From assembly GCF_056746865.1 (NCBI RefSeq), contig NZ_CM163382.1: 64,000 bases of DNA; one strand, written 5' to 3'. The notes beneath the pieces are model-generated. The model did not search any database. It saw only the letters and a program-made list of their open reading frames with translations, and was not told the origin of the DNA. This document shows positions 1-10,732 of the stretch, piece after piece. Every line of letters begins with the position of its first letter. The first letter of the stretch is position 1. The translations under genes were made by a program, and so were the position numbers.

Positions 1-163
1 CGCGATTGATAAACTCACGCACTACCGGCAGAGCGACGTCCGCCTCCAGCAGCGCCATGCGCACTTCGCGCAGCGTATCTTTTACGTTGTCTTCAGTGAG
101 GCGTCCACGGCCACTGATATTGCGCAGCGTGCGCGACAAACGATCGGTTAAATTATCAAACAT
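1..163 (-). CDS. ffh: signal recognition particle protein Ffh, N-terminal 54 codons; the gene runs off the left edge
   Basis: Complement of 161-163 is ATG. The reverse translation reads MFDNLTDRLSRTLRNISGRGRLTEDNVKDTLREVRMALLEADVALPVVREFINR, the recognisable Ffh N-terminus, and the position upstream of ypjD is as expected. Confidence 0.85.
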   Translation of the reverse strand, partial: MFDNLTDRLSRTLRNISGRGRLTEDNVKDTLREVRMALLEADVALPVVREFINR

Positions 164-329
164 TGTCTCTCGCCTGGGGTGGAAACGGTTGGCCGCAATC
201 GCGACACATCATCAGTATATTGCCGCAGTATAACATGAAGGCGTCTTTGTTGTTATGCAACGGTTGGAGCAGCGTTCACCTAACGCTATACTGCTTCTCT
301 TTCTTATTGCTCAAACTGTCGACATTACT

Positions 330-1121
330 ATGCCCGTTTTTGCTCTGCTCGCGCTTGTCGCCTACTCCGTCAGTCTTGCGCTGATTGTTCCCGGTCTGCT
401 GCAAAAAAACGGCGGCTGGCGGCGCATGGCTATTATTTCTGCGGTCATCGCGCTGGTCTGCCACGCAATCGCTCTGGAAGCCCGCATCCTGCCCGACGGT
501 GATAGCGGACAAAACCTCAGCCTGCTGAACGTTGGTTCATTGGTCAGTTTGATGATCTGTACGGTAATGACCATTGTGGCTTCTCGCAATCGTGGCTGGT
601 TGCTGCTACCCATTGTCTATGCCTTTGCGCTTATCAACCTGGCGCTGGCGACCTTCATGCCCAATGAATACATCACTCATCTGGAAGCAACGCCTGGGAT
701 GCTGGTGCACATTGGCTTATCGCTCTTTTCCTATGCCACGCTGATTATCGCCGCCCTGTACGCGCTGCAACTGGCGTGGATTGATTACCAACTGAAGAAC
801 AAGAAGCTGGCGTTTAACCAGGAAATGCCGCCATTAATGAGTATCGAGCGTAAAATGTTCCACATCACGCAGATTGGCGTGGTGCTGCTAACGCTCACGC
901 TTTGCACTGGCCTGTTCTACATGCACAACTTATTTAGCATGGAAAATATCGACAAGGCCGTGCTCTCTATCGTGGCGTGGTTTGTCTATATTGTGCTGCT
1001 GTGGGGACATTATCATGAAGGATGGCGTGGACGCCGCGTCGTCTGGTTTAACGTTGCGGGTGCAGTCATCCTGACACTGGCCTACTTCGGCAGCCGAATT
1101 GTCCAGCAGTTAATCAGCTAA
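330..1121 (+). CDS. ypjD: cytochrome c assembly family inner membrane protein YpjD
   Basis: ORF 255-1121. The internal start MPVFALLALVAYSV gives the 263-aa protein I recognise as YpjD. It is a polytopic hydrophobic sequence. Confidence 0.85.
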   Translation: MPVFALLALVAYSVSLALIVPGLLQKNGGWRRMAIISAVIALVCHAIALEARILPDGDSGQNLSLLNVGSLVSLMICTVMTIVASRNRGWLLLPIVYAFALINLALATFMPNEYITHLEATPGMLVHIGLSLFSYATLIIAALYALQLAWIDYQLKNKKLAFNQEMPPLMSIERKMFHITQIGVVLLTLTLCTGLFYMHNLFSMENIDKAVLSIVAWFVYIVLLWGHYHEGWRGRRVVWFNVAGAVILTLAYFGSRIVQQLIS

Positions 1122-1141
1122 ACCCAGAAAAGGAGTTTCCC

Positions 1142-2428
1142 CTGGAACACATTTCTACTACTACGTTGATCATTATTCTGATCATCATGGTGGTCATTTC
1201 AGCCTATTTTTCCGGGTCCGAAACCGGAATGATGACCCTCAACCGCTATCGTCTGCGACATATGGCGAAACAGGGTAATCGCTCGGCCAAACGCGTCGAA
1301 AAATTGCTGCGTAAGCCAGACCGCCTGATTAGCCTGGTGTTAATCGGCAATAACCTGGTCAATATTCTTGCCTCCGCGCTCGGCACTATTGTTGGGATGC
1401 GTTTGTACGGCGATGCGGGCGTGGCAATTGCGACTGGTGTGCTGACTTTTGTCGTACTGGTTTTTGCTGAGGTATTGCCGAAAACCATTGCCGCGCTGTA
1501 CCCGGAAAAAGTCGCTTATCCGAGTAGTTTTCTGCTGGCTCCGCTGCAAATTTTGATGATGCCGCTGGTCTGGTTGCTGAATGCTATCACCCGTATGCTG
1601 ATGCGCATGATGGGTATCAAAACCGATATCGTGGTTAGCGGCTCTTTGAGCAAAGAAGAGTTGCGCACTATCGTGCACGAATCGCGCTCACAAATTTCCC
1701 GTCGCAATCAGGATATGCTGCTGTCGGTGCTCGATCTGGAAAAGATGACCGTTGATGACATCATGGTGCCGCGCAGTGAAATTATCGGTATTGATATCAA
1801 CGATGACTGGAAATCGATTCTGCGCCAACTCTCCCACTCACCTCACGGGCGCATCGTGCTCTACCGTGATTCGCTGGACGACGCCATCAGTATGCTGCGA
1901 GTACGTGAAGCCTGGCGGTTGATGTCGGAGAAAAAAGAGTTCACCAAAGAAACCATGCTGCGCGCCGCGGACGAGATCTATTTTGTCCCGGAAGGTACGC
2001 CCCTCAGCACGCAGTTGGTGAAGTTTCAGCGCAACAAAAAGAAAGTCGGCCTGGTCGTCAACGAGTATGGAGACATTCAAGGGCTGGTGACGGTTGAAGA
2101 TATTCTGGAAGAGATAGTTGGTGATTTCACCACGTCGATGTCGCCAACACTTGCCGAAGAAGTCACTCCGCAAAACGACGGTTCGGTGATTATTGATGGC
2201 ACCGCCAACGTGCGGGAAATCAACAAAGCCTTTAACTGGCATCTACCGGAAGATGATGCACGAACGGTTAATGGCGTCATTCTGGAAGCGCTGGAAGAGA
2301 TCCCTGTCGCAGGCACCCGCGTGCGTATTGGCGAGTACGATATTGATATTCTCGACGTACAGGACAATATGATTAAGCAGGTAAAAGTTTTTCCTGTGAA
2401 ACCGCTGCGCGAGAGTGTGGCGGAGTAA
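1142..2428 (+). CDS. yfjD: CNNM/CorC-family membrane protein with CBS pair (YfjD)
   Basis: ORF 1166-2428 extended 8 codons upstream to (M)EHISTTT, which gives 428 aa. An AAGGAG Shine-Dalgarno lies 6 nt upstream at 1130-1135. The start codon at 1142 is CTG, so the start is uncertain. Confidence 0.8.
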   Translation: MEHISTTTLIIILIIMVVISAYFSGSETGMMTLNRYRLRHMAKQGNRSAKRVEKLLRKPDRLISLVLIGNNLVNILASALGTIVGMRLYGDAGVAIATGVLTFVVLVFAEVLPKTIAALYPEKVAYPSSFLLAPLQILMMPLVWLLNAITRMLMRMMGIKTDIVVSGSLSKEELRTIVHESRSQISRRNQDMLLSVLDLEKMTVDDIMVPRSEIIGIDINDDWKSILRQLSHSPHGRIVLYRDSLDDAISMLRVREAWRLMSEKKEFTKETMLRAADEIYFVPEGTPLSTQLVKFQRNKKKVGLVVNEYGDIQGLVTVEDILEEIVGDFTTSMSPTLAEEVTPQNDGSVIIDGTANVREINKAFNWHLPEDDARTVNGVILEALEEIPVAGTRVRIGEYDIDILDVQDNMIKQVKVFPVKPLRESVAE

Positions 2429-2434
2429 CGAAAA

Positions 2435-2460
2435 CGGCCCTGCATTCGCATGCAGGGCCG
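2435..2460. terminator. bidirectional hairpin between convergent yfjD and grpE
   Basis: Perfect 11-bp stem CGGCCCTGCAT / ATGCAGGGCCG with a 4-nt loop, read directly. Confidence 0.7.
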
Positions 2461-2482
2461 TGATTTATTACGAAAGCAGAAA

Positions 2483-3109
<627 letters not shown>

Positions 3110-3121
3110 CTAACTTCGCTT

Positions 3122-3152
3122 ATTATGGGGATCAGTTTCAGGGTTTCAAGGG
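3122..3152 (-). promoter_or_regulatory. sigma-32 heat-shock promoter of grpE
   Basis: The minus strand reads CCCTTGAAAccctgaaactgatCCCCATAAT. This matches the sigma-32 consensus CTTGAAA-N13-15-CCCCATnT and lies about 45 nt upstream of the grpE ATG. Confidence 0.75.
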
Positions 3153-3198
3153 AAGCACTCACATTGTCATCAATCTTCGCAACAAGGACCTCGGAAAA

Positions 3199-4077
3199 AT
3201 GAATAATCATTTCAAGTGTATTGGCATTGTGGGACACCCACGGCACCCTACTGCACTGACAACACATGAAATGCTCTACCGCTGGCTGTGCACAAAAGGT
3301 TACGAGGTCATCGTTGAGCAACAAATCGCTCACGAACTGCAACTGAAGAATGTGAAAACTGGCACGCTCGCGGAGATTGGGCAACTGGCTGATCTCGCGG
3401 TAGTCGTTGGTGGCGACGGTAATATGCTGGGCGCGGCGCGCACGCTCGCCCGTTACGATATTAAAGTTATTGGAATCAACCGTGGCAACCTGGGTTTCCT
3501 GACTGACCTTGACCCCGATAACGCCCAGCAACAGTTAGCCGATGTGCTGGAAGGTCACTACATAAGCGAGAAACGTTTTTTGCTGGAAGCGCAAGTCTGT
3601 CAGCAAGATTGCCAAAAGCGCATCAGCACCGCGATAAATGAAGTGGTACTTCATCCAGGCAAAGTGGCGCATATGATAGAGTTCGAAGTGTATATCGACG
3701 AGATCTTTGCGTTTTCTCAGCGTTCTGATGGCCTGATTATTTCGACGCCAACAGGCTCCACCGCCTATTCCCTCTCTGCGGGCGGTCCTATTCTGACCCC
3801 CTCTCTGGATGCGATTACCCTGGTGCCCATGTTCCCGCATACGTTGTCAGCGCGACCGCTGGTGATAAACAGCAGCAGCACGATCCGTCTGCGTTTTTCG
3901 CATCGCCGTAACGACCTGGAAATCAGTTGCGACAGCCAGATAGCACTGCCGATTCAGGAAGGTGAAGATGTCCTGATTCGTCGCTGTGATTACCATCTGA
4001 ATCTGATTCATCCGAAAGATTACAGTTATTTCAATACATTAAGCACCAAGCTCGGCTGGTCAAAAAAATTATTCTAA
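3199..4077 (+). CDS. nadK: NAD kinase
   Basis: 292-aa [20 protein letters not shown] with the GGDGN motif ([14 protein letters not shown]). Confidence 0.95.
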
Positions 4078-4094
4078 TTTTACGCCAGCCTCTT

Positions 4095-4136
4095 TACTGT
4101 ATATAAAACCAGTTTATACTGTACACAATAACAGTA
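4095..4136 (+). promoter_or_regulatory. two LexA (SOS) boxes upstream of recN
   Basis: TACTGTATATAAAACCAGTT (4095-4114) and TACTGTACACAATAACAGTA (4117-4136). Both fit CTG-N10-CAG. Confidence 0.85.
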
Positions 4137-4162
4137 ATGGTTTTTCATACAGGAAAACAACT

Positions 4163-5824
4163 ATGTTGGCACAACTGACCATCAGCAACTTTGCTATCGT
4201 TCGTGAGCTTGAGATTGATTTTCATAGCGGCATGACCGTAATAACTGGCGAGACCGGCGCGGGTAAATCTATTGCAATAGATGCCCTCGGCCTTTGTCTC
4301 GGTGGTCGCGCTGAAGCCGACATGGTGCGTACCGGCGCTGCTCGTGCCGACCTGTGCGCCCGTTTTTCTCTGAAAGATACGCCAGCGGCCCTGCGCTGGC
4401 TGGAAGAAAACCAGCTTGAAGACGGGCATGAATGTTTGCTTCGTCGCGTAATCAGCAGCGATGGTCGCTCACGAGGTTTTATCAACGGTACAGCGGTTCC
4501 TCTGTCACAACTGCGCGAACTGGGTCAGTTGCTGATTCAGATCCATGGTCAGCACGCTCATCAGTTACTCACCAAACCCGAGCACCAAAAATTCCTGCTT
4601 GATGGCTATGCCAATGAAACCTCTCTACTCCAGGAAATGACCGCACGTTATCAGTTGTGGCATCAAAGCTGCCGTGACCTCGCGCATCATCAACAGTTAA
4701 GTCAGGAACGCGCTGCCCGTGCGGAACTGCTGCAATACCAATTAAAAGAACTTAACGAATTTAATCCGCAGCCCGGAGAGTTTGAGCAAATCGACGAAGA
4801 GTACAAACGTCTGGCGAACAGCGGTCAATTGCTGACCACCAGCCAGAATGCATTGGCATTAATGGCCGACGGTGAAGACGCAAACCTGCAAAGTCAGCTT
4901 TACACGGCTAAACAACTGGTGAGCGAATTGATTGGCATGGACAGCAAACTGTCCGGCGTACTTGATATGCTGGAAGAAGCTACCATCCAGATTGCTGAAG
5001 CCAGCGACGAACTGCGCCACTACTGCGATCGTTTGGATCTCGATCCCAACCGGCTGTTTGAACTTGAACAACGCATCTCAAAACAGATTTCGCTGGCACG
5101 TAAACATCACGTCAGCCCTGAGGCATTGCCACAGTATTACCAGTCGCTACTGGAAGAACAGCAGCAACTGGACGATCAGGCCGACTCACAAGAAACGCTC
5201 GCGCTGGCGGTAACGAAACATCATCAGCAGGCACTGGAAACGGCGCGCGCGTTACACCAGCAACGCCAGCACTATGCAGAAGAACTTGCACAGCTGATCA
5301 CCGACAGTATGCATGCACTCTCTATGCCGCATGGGCAGTTTACGATTGATGTTAAATTTGACGAGCATCACCTGGGCGCTGACGGCGCTGATCGTATTGA
5401 ATTTCGGGTAACCACCAACCCAGGTCAGCCAATGCAGCCTATTGCCAAAGTCGCATCCGGTGGTGAATTGTCCCGCATCGCACTGGCAATTCAGGTCATC
5501 ACGGCGCGTAAAATGGAAACCCCGGCACTGATTTTTGATGAAGTGGATGTAGGGATTAGCGGTCCAACAGCGGCAGTTGTCGGCAAACTGCTGCGTCAAC
5601 TCGGCGAATCAACTCAAGTGATGTGTGTTACCCACCTGCCACAAGTCGCGGGATGTGGTCATCAACACTATTTTGTCAGCAAAGAAACCGATGGTGCGAT
5701 GACAGAAACGCATATGCAATCCCTGGATAAAAAAGCGCGGTTACAAGAGCTGGCGCGCCTGCTTGGTGGCAGTGAAGTCACACGTAACACACTGGCGAAT
5801 GCGAAAGAACTGCTTGCGGCGTAA
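4163..5824 (+). CDS. recN: DNA repair protein RecN (SMC-like ATPase)
   Basis: 553-aa ORF with Walker A GETGAGKS, long coiled-coil-like middle and a C-terminal signature/Walker B region ([26 protein letters not shown]). Confidence 0.96.
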   Translation: MLAQLTISNFAIVRELEIDFHSGMTVITGETGAGKSIAIDALGLCLGGRAEADMVRTGAARADLCARFSLKDTPAALRWLEENQLEDGHECLLRRVISSDGRSRGFINGTAVPLSQLRELGQLLIQIHGQHAHQLLTKPEHQKFLLDGYANETSLLQEMTARYQLWHQSCRDLAHHQQLSQERAARAELLQYQLKELNEFNPQPGEFEQIDEEYKRLANSGQLLTTSQNALALMADGEDANLQSQLYTAKQLVSELIGMDSKLSGVLDMLEEATIQIAEASDELRHYCDRLDLDPNRLFELEQRISKQISLARKHHVSPEALPQYYQSLLEEQQQLDDQADSQETLALAVTKHHQQALETARALHQQRQHYAEELAQLITDSMHALSMPHGQFTIDVKFDEHHLGADGADRIEFRVTTNPGQPMQPIAKVASGGELSRIALAIQVITARKMETPALIFDEVDVGISGPTAAVVGKLLRQLGESTQVMCVTHLPQVAGCGHQHYFVSKETDGAMTETHMQSLDKKARLQELARLLGGSEVTRNTLANAKELLAA

Positions 5825-5972
5825 ACTTTTTTCCTGCTTCACGGTCAGAGTAAACAGCAAAACGCCGTAAGACCGGAAAGCAAAAGGTTTTAAAGTGATG
5901 AAAGGTCTATTATCATCGGCATATTACAGATGAGCCACGTACTGCTCGGGCCCGAAAAGGAATCAAATCACT

Positions 5973-6314
5973 ATGCGCTGTAAAACGCTGACTGCTGCAG
6001 CAGCAGTACTATTGATGTTGACCGCAGGCTGTTCCACTCTGGAGCGAGTGGTTTACCGTCCTGACATCAACCAGGGGAACTATCTGACCGCTAACGACGT
6101 ATCCAAAATACGTGTTGGCATGACGCAACAACAAGTTGCGTACGCATTGGGTACACCGCTGATGTCCGATCCATTTGGTACGAATACCTGGTTCTATGTC
6201 TTCCGCCAGCAACCAGGTCATGAAGGTGTAACGCAGCAAACGCTGACGCTGACCTTTAACAGTAGCGGAGTGTTGACCAACATTGATAACAAACCCGCGC
6301 TGAGTGGTAACTAA
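5973..6314 (+). CDS. bamE: outer membrane assembly lipoprotein BamE (SmpA)
   Basis: 113-aa ORF with the lipobox LTAGCS, recognised sequence. Confidence 0.93.
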
Positions 6315-6339
6315 TCATAAAGTTGCCCTCAAAGACGTT

Positions 6340-6369
6340 AAAAAAGGTGCTCAATGAGCACCTTTTTTC
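6340..6369. terminator. bidirectional rho-independent terminator between bamE and ratB
   Basis: AAAAAAGGTGCTC-aat-GAGCACCTTTTTT hairpin with A/T runs on both sides. Confidence 0.75.
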
Positions 6370-6375
6370 TGTCTG

Positions 6376-6666
6376 TTATTTATTCGCTGATTTTTCTGCT
6401 CGTTGCCTGCGCAGCTCTTTCGGATCGGCAATGAGAGGACGATAAATCTCCACCCGATCGCCATCATGCACGGTATCGCTGAGTTTTGCCGGACGGCTGT
6501 AAATGCCGACTTTGTTTTTAGTTAAATCGATATCGGTACGCAATTCCAGCAAGCCACTGGCGCGAATAGCTTCTTCAACCGTCGCGCCCTCCTGCAGCGT
6601 CACGCGCTGCAGGTACTGCTTCTCAGGTAGCGCATAAGCCACCTCAACGGCAATTTTACCTGGCAC
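6376..6666 (-). CDS. ratB: RatB / YfjF (RnfH family, ubiquitin-like fold)
   Basis: The ORF-track entry 6376-6750 contains (V)[25 protein letters not shown] start at 6666 gives the 96-aa protein and overlaps the ratA stop. Confidence 0.8.
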
Positions 6667-7132
6667 TGTAAACCTCTTTCGCACGAACCGTAAAAGCCTG
6701 GACCATATTAGCCGCCAGCTCTTTAAACACGCGACCAAAGGCGAGTTCAATCAACTTATTGGTAAACTCAAAGTCGAGATGAAACTCGATACGACACGCC
6801 TCCTGGCTCAGCGGCGTAAACTTCCATCCACCAATCAATTTCTTGAACGGCCCATCCACCAGATTCATAAGAATACTTTGGTTACTGGTCAACTGGTTGC
6901 GGGTAGTAAACGTTTTGCTGATCCCAGCCTTAGAGACATCTACCGCCGCAGTCATCTGCCCAGGAGTGGACTCCAGAATCCGACTTCCGGTACAACCCGG
7001 CAAAAACTGAGGATAAGACTGAACGTCATTCACTAACTGATACATTTGCTCCGCGCTGTAGGGTACCAGTGCGGTCCGGCTAATCTGAGGCATAACAATT
7101 TCCATCAACAAAAATCCAACAAATAATATCAT
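6656..7132 (-). CDS. ratA: ribosome association toxin RatA (SRPBCC/START fold, YfjG)
   Basis: 158-aa ORF containing [34 protein letters not shown]. Confidence 0.88.
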
Positions 7133-7263
7133 TTATCCTGCTGTAAAAAAAACGCTATCCCGGCGCTGGGTAACATCGGGTTCATGCTAAGATAGAGCCT
7201 TGTCCCCCGCAGGATTGATATGGGGTGTTTTCGATTTCAGATTACCGATGATTCACGACGCTT

Positions 7264-7746
7264 ATGACGAAGAAAAAAGCACATAAACCTGGTTCAGCGA
7301 CCATCGCGCTTAACAAGCGCGCCCGTCACGAATACTTTATCGAAGAAGAGTTCGAAGCGGGACTTGCCCTGCAAGGCTGGGAAGTTAAATCCCTGCGCGC
7401 AGGAAAAGCCAATATCAGCGACAGCTACGTCCTTCTGCGTGACGGAGAAGCGTTCCTGTTTGGCGCAAACATCACACCAATGGCAGTGGCCTCCACGCAT
7501 GTAGTGTGCGATCCTACCCGTACCCGCAAATTACTTCTCAACCAGCGCGAACTGGACTCATTGTACGGTCGCGTCAATCGAGAAGGCTATACCGTAGTGG
7601 CGCTCTCCCTGTACTGGAAAAATGCCTGGTGCAAAGTGAAAATCGGCGTCGCCAAAGGTAAGAAACAGCACGATAAACGTTCAGACATCAAAGAACGCGA
7701 ATGGCAGGTGGATAAAGCGCGTATCATGAAAAACGCCCACCGTTAA
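7264..7746 (+). CDS. smpB: SsrA-binding protein SmpB
   Basis: 160-aa [32 protein letters not shown], immediately upstream of the tmRNA gene. Confidence 0.97.
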
Positions 7747-7960
7747 ACCTGCACTCCAATTATTGACCAGTTCCTCACCGCGCCTCCCTCTCCGGCGGCG
7801 CGAATGAACATCTTATTGGCTATCACATCCGACACAAATGTTGCCATCCCATTGCTTAATCGAATAAAAATCAGGCTACATGGGTGCTAAATCTTTAACG
7901 ATAACGCCATTGAGGCTGGTCATGGCGCTCATAAATCTGGTATACTTACCATTACACATT

Positions 7961-8323
7961 GGGGCTGATTCTGGATTCGACGGGATTTGCGAAACCCAAG
8001 GTGCATGCCGAGGGGCGGTTGGCCTCGTAAAAAGCCGCAAAAAATAGTCGCAAACGACGAAAACTACGCTTTAGCAGCTTAATAACCTGCTTAGAGCCCT
8101 CTCTCCCTAGCCTCCGCTCTTAGGACGGGGATCAAGAGAGGTCAAACCCAAAAGAGATCGCGTGGAAGCCCTGCCTGGGGTTGAAGCGTTAAAACTTAAT
8201 CAGGCTAGTTTGTTAGTGGCGTGTCCGTCCGCAGCTGGCAAGCGAATGTAAAGACTGACTAAGCATGTAGTACCGAGGACGTAGGAATTTCGGACGCGGG
8301 TTCAACTCCCGCCAGCTCCACCA
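7961..8323 (+). ncRNA. ssrA: tmRNA (SsrA), 363 nt
   Basis: Starts GGGGCTGATTCTGGATTCGACGGG and ends GGTTCAACTCCCGCCAGCTCCACCA. The internal tag reading frame GCAAACGACGAAAACTACGCTTTAGCAGCTTAA encodes ANDENYALAA. Confidence 0.98.
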
Positions 8324-8353
8324 AACATTCATTCATGATGCATCATGAACCTT

Positions 8354-8391
8354 AAAAAAGCCTGTAACTTCAACGAGTTGCAGGCTTTTTT
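8354..8391 (+). terminator. rho-independent terminator downstream of ssrA
   Basis: AAAAAAGCCTGTAAC-loop-GTTGCAGGCTTTTTT. The stem has one G-U pair and is followed by a T-run. Confidence 0.7.
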
Positions 8392-8443
8392 GTTGCATGT
8401 GTGGTCATGATCTCTGTATGAATCTTGACCTTTTGGCACCATG

Positions 8444-8489
8444 TTTAGCACCACGGTATCGTGGGGCTAAAAAAGCGTGGTGCTAAAAC
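8444..8489. repeat. three copies of a 12-13 bp motif immediately upstream of the int start; candidate integrase arm-type or regulatory sites
   Basis: TTTAGCACCACG (8444-8455) is the exact reverse complement of CGTGGTGCTAAA (8476-8487). A near copy CGTGGGGCTAAAA lies at 8460-8472. Confidence 0.5.
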
Positions 8490-9737
8490 ATGCCTAAGCA
8501 ACTGAAACCCTTAACAAATGTGGAGATCGCTGGCGCGAAGCCCCGTAGCACGGATTATGAGCTACGGGACGGTGAAGGCCTGTACTTGCTGGTTAAGACT
8601 TCAGGGAGGAAGGCCTGGCATTTCGAGTATTATCATCCCGTCACCAAAAAGCGCACCAAAACCAGCCTTGGCCCTTACCCGGTCGTTACACTGGCCATGG
8701 CTCGCGAAACTCGCACGAAATACAGACGACTGCTCTGGCAGGGCATCGATCCCCGTCAACACTTAGCAGGAATAGCCGAAGAAAAACGCCTCCAGAATGA
8801 ATGCACGCTGGAAAAAGTTGCGGAACAGTGGCTCAAAGAGAAGAAACGGACCAGCGACCTTAGCGAAGATCACGCCAAAGATGTCTGGCGCTCGCTGGAG
8901 ATGCACGTCTTCCCTTCTCTGGGCAGTACGCCCGTCACCGAGATCCGCCCGAAGATGCTCAAGGAACACCTCACCCCGCTGGAAGAACAGGGCATCCTCG
9001 AAACGCTGCGCCGGGTTATCTCACGGCTCAATGAAATCTTCCGCTTCGCCATCTCCGAAGAGCTTATCGAGTTTAACCCAGCAGACAACCTGGTCGCCCG
9101 CTTCAAGAAACCGAAAAAGCAGAACATGCCCGCCCTTCCCCCCAGCGAACTGGGCAGACTAATGTTGGCACTACAAAACGCCTCTATCCGCAAGGAAACA
9201 CGCTGCCTTATCGAATGGGAGCTACTGACCTGGGTTCGCCCCGGCGAAGCCGTTAGCGCCCGCTGGTGCGACATCGATATGAAAAAAGCGGAATGGCGTA
9301 TCCCTGACACCTTTATGAAGATGAACCGTTCACACACGGTGCCGCTCAGCAAACAGGCGCTGCGTGTTCTTCAGATCATGGAGCCCGTCAGCCGCCATCG
9401 TCCGTGGGTCTTCCCCAGCATCCGCAAACCGCTGGAGCACATGCACCAGCAGACCGCGAACGCCGCGCTTATCCGCATGGGGTTCGGCGGTGAGCTGGTC
9501 GCCCACGGCATGCGCAGCATCGCCAGAACGGCGGGCGCAGGTCATTTTCCCCGTGAAGTTCTGGAATCTGCACTGGCACACCAGAAAGAAGACGAGATCG
9601 AAGCGGCCTACAATCGCAGCGACTATCTGGAACAAAGGCGACCGCTCATGCAGTGGTGGGGAAACTACGTTGATGCCGCCAGACGGCAGGCATTGCTCGG
9701 TGAAGAAGAACCGCTGCGGATCGTGGAAGGAGAATAA
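8490..9737 (+). CDS. P4-type tyrosine integrase (DUF4102 N-terminal arm-binding domain)
   Basis: 415-aa ORF. The N-terminus LTNVEIAGAKPRSTDYELRDGEGLYLLVKTSGRKAWHFEYY is typical of P4-family integrases. The C-terminus carries HGMRSIART and HQKEDEIEAAYNRSDY, which hold the catalytic H-x-x-R and Tyr. It sits directly next to the tmRNA 3' end. Confidence 0.93.
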   Translation: MPKQLKPLTNVEIAGAKPRSTDYELRDGEGLYLLVKTSGRKAWHFEYYHPVTKKRTKTSLGPYPVVTLAMARETRTKYRRLLWQGIDPRQHLAGIAEEKRLQNECTLEKVAEQWLKEKKRTSDLSEDHAKDVWRSLEMHVFPSLGSTPVTEIRPKMLKEHLTPLEEQGILETLRRVISRLNEIFRFAISEELIEFNPADNLVARFKKPKKQNMPALPPSELGRLMLALQNASIRKETRCLIEWELLTWVRPGEAVSARWCDIDMKKAEWRIPDTFMKMNRSHTVPLSKQALRVLQIMEPVSRHRPWVFPSIRKPLEHMHQQTANAALIRMGFGGELVAHGMRSIARTAGAGHFPREVLESALAHQKEDEIEAAYNRSDYLEQRRPLMQWWGNYVDAARRQALLGEEEPLRIVEGE

Positions 9738-9738
9738 T

Positions 9739-10383
9739 GTGACCAGTCCCATTCGTCAGAATCTGTTTGAACGGGAATGCGATATGCCGCTGCTGGAAGC
9801 GCGGCATCTCGCCCTTCTGCTTCTCGGCCTTGATGCTTCCCAACCTGCAAACGCCCTGCCGGAAGAACATCAGGAAAATTACCGTATCCTGCACGACGCC
9901 ATCAGTCGCACCATCAAAGCAACGGGCATGGTCAGCGCCCCGGCGAACAAACGCATGTTCTATGCCGATGAAATGTTCGCGCTGGCCTGGCGGCTTATTG
10001 ATGACGAACTCACGCCGCCAGAAATTAAGGCCCGGAGCCTGAAGGCAGTGATGAAACTGTCACGCAACAGCCGTGGCCGCAAGTGGCTGAAGACGCTCGG
10101 CGACGATGCGCTGCCGGATCTCACTGCTTCCACACAACCTTCCCTGCGTGGGATGCATAAGCGCGACAAAGCACGGGAGAATACTGCCAGGCTCTGCTGG
10201 TTACTGGTTCAGCTTCTGGTTGATGAGACTGACGGACGGTATGGCACGTCTGATAAACCGGCTTCGGATCGGATACTTCGGAAGCTGAAGGAGCTGGCGC
10301 AGGAGCGGGAATTACCGTCAGACGGGCTTGGGCGAGGGACGTTTTATGAGGTTTTGAAGATGGGAAGGGAGAAGGAAGTTTAG
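9739..10383 (+). CDS. hypothetical protein, possibly translationally coupled to int
   Basis: Open frame from GTG 9739, with AGGAG 8 nt upstream and 1 nt after the int stop. ATG 9784 (MPLLEARH) is an alternative start. No recognisable motifs. Confidence 0.55.
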   Translation: MTSPIRQNLFERECDMPLLEARHLALLLLGLDASQPANALPEEHQENYRILHDAISRTIKATGMVSAPANKRMFYADEMFALAWRLIDDELTPPEIKARSLKAVMKLSRNSRGRKWLKTLGDDALPDLTASTQPSLRGMHKRDKARENTARLCWLLVQLLVDETDGRYGTSDKPASDRILRKLKELAQERELPSDGLGRGTFYEVLKMGREKEV

Positions 10384-10732
10384 GTAATAACACTGCAGAT
10401 CGCACGTGAACACAGTGCCACTTTCCCTATGGAATGTGAAATTAATCGGTAATACCCCTCGAAAGAATGTGAACAGACACTCTCTTGCTTAACTGTTGAA
10501 ACTCTTCGAATTAAAGACAAGGTTCGCCATTTAATTATCTGACAGTTCGCCCCAGCACAACGTTAAAGTGATTTTTGATCAATCACCTACTCTGCTCTGG
10601 CAGAGCCAGAGCCGTTTTACTGACTAAAGCACAAGCTTCCAGCGAATGCACCTTTCCACACACCATAAGTCTTGTGTGATACCAGCACTGACGGTGTATG
10701 TTACATATCCTTAAAAAGTTCTCCAGACCGAC

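Noticed and set aside
10400-10480. GTGAACA motifs (CGTGAACAC about 10406, TGTGAACAG about 10467) resembling the complement of P4 type I iterons (TGTTCACC)
   Set aside because: There are only two imperfect copies. That is too few to distinguish from chance without a genome-wide count.
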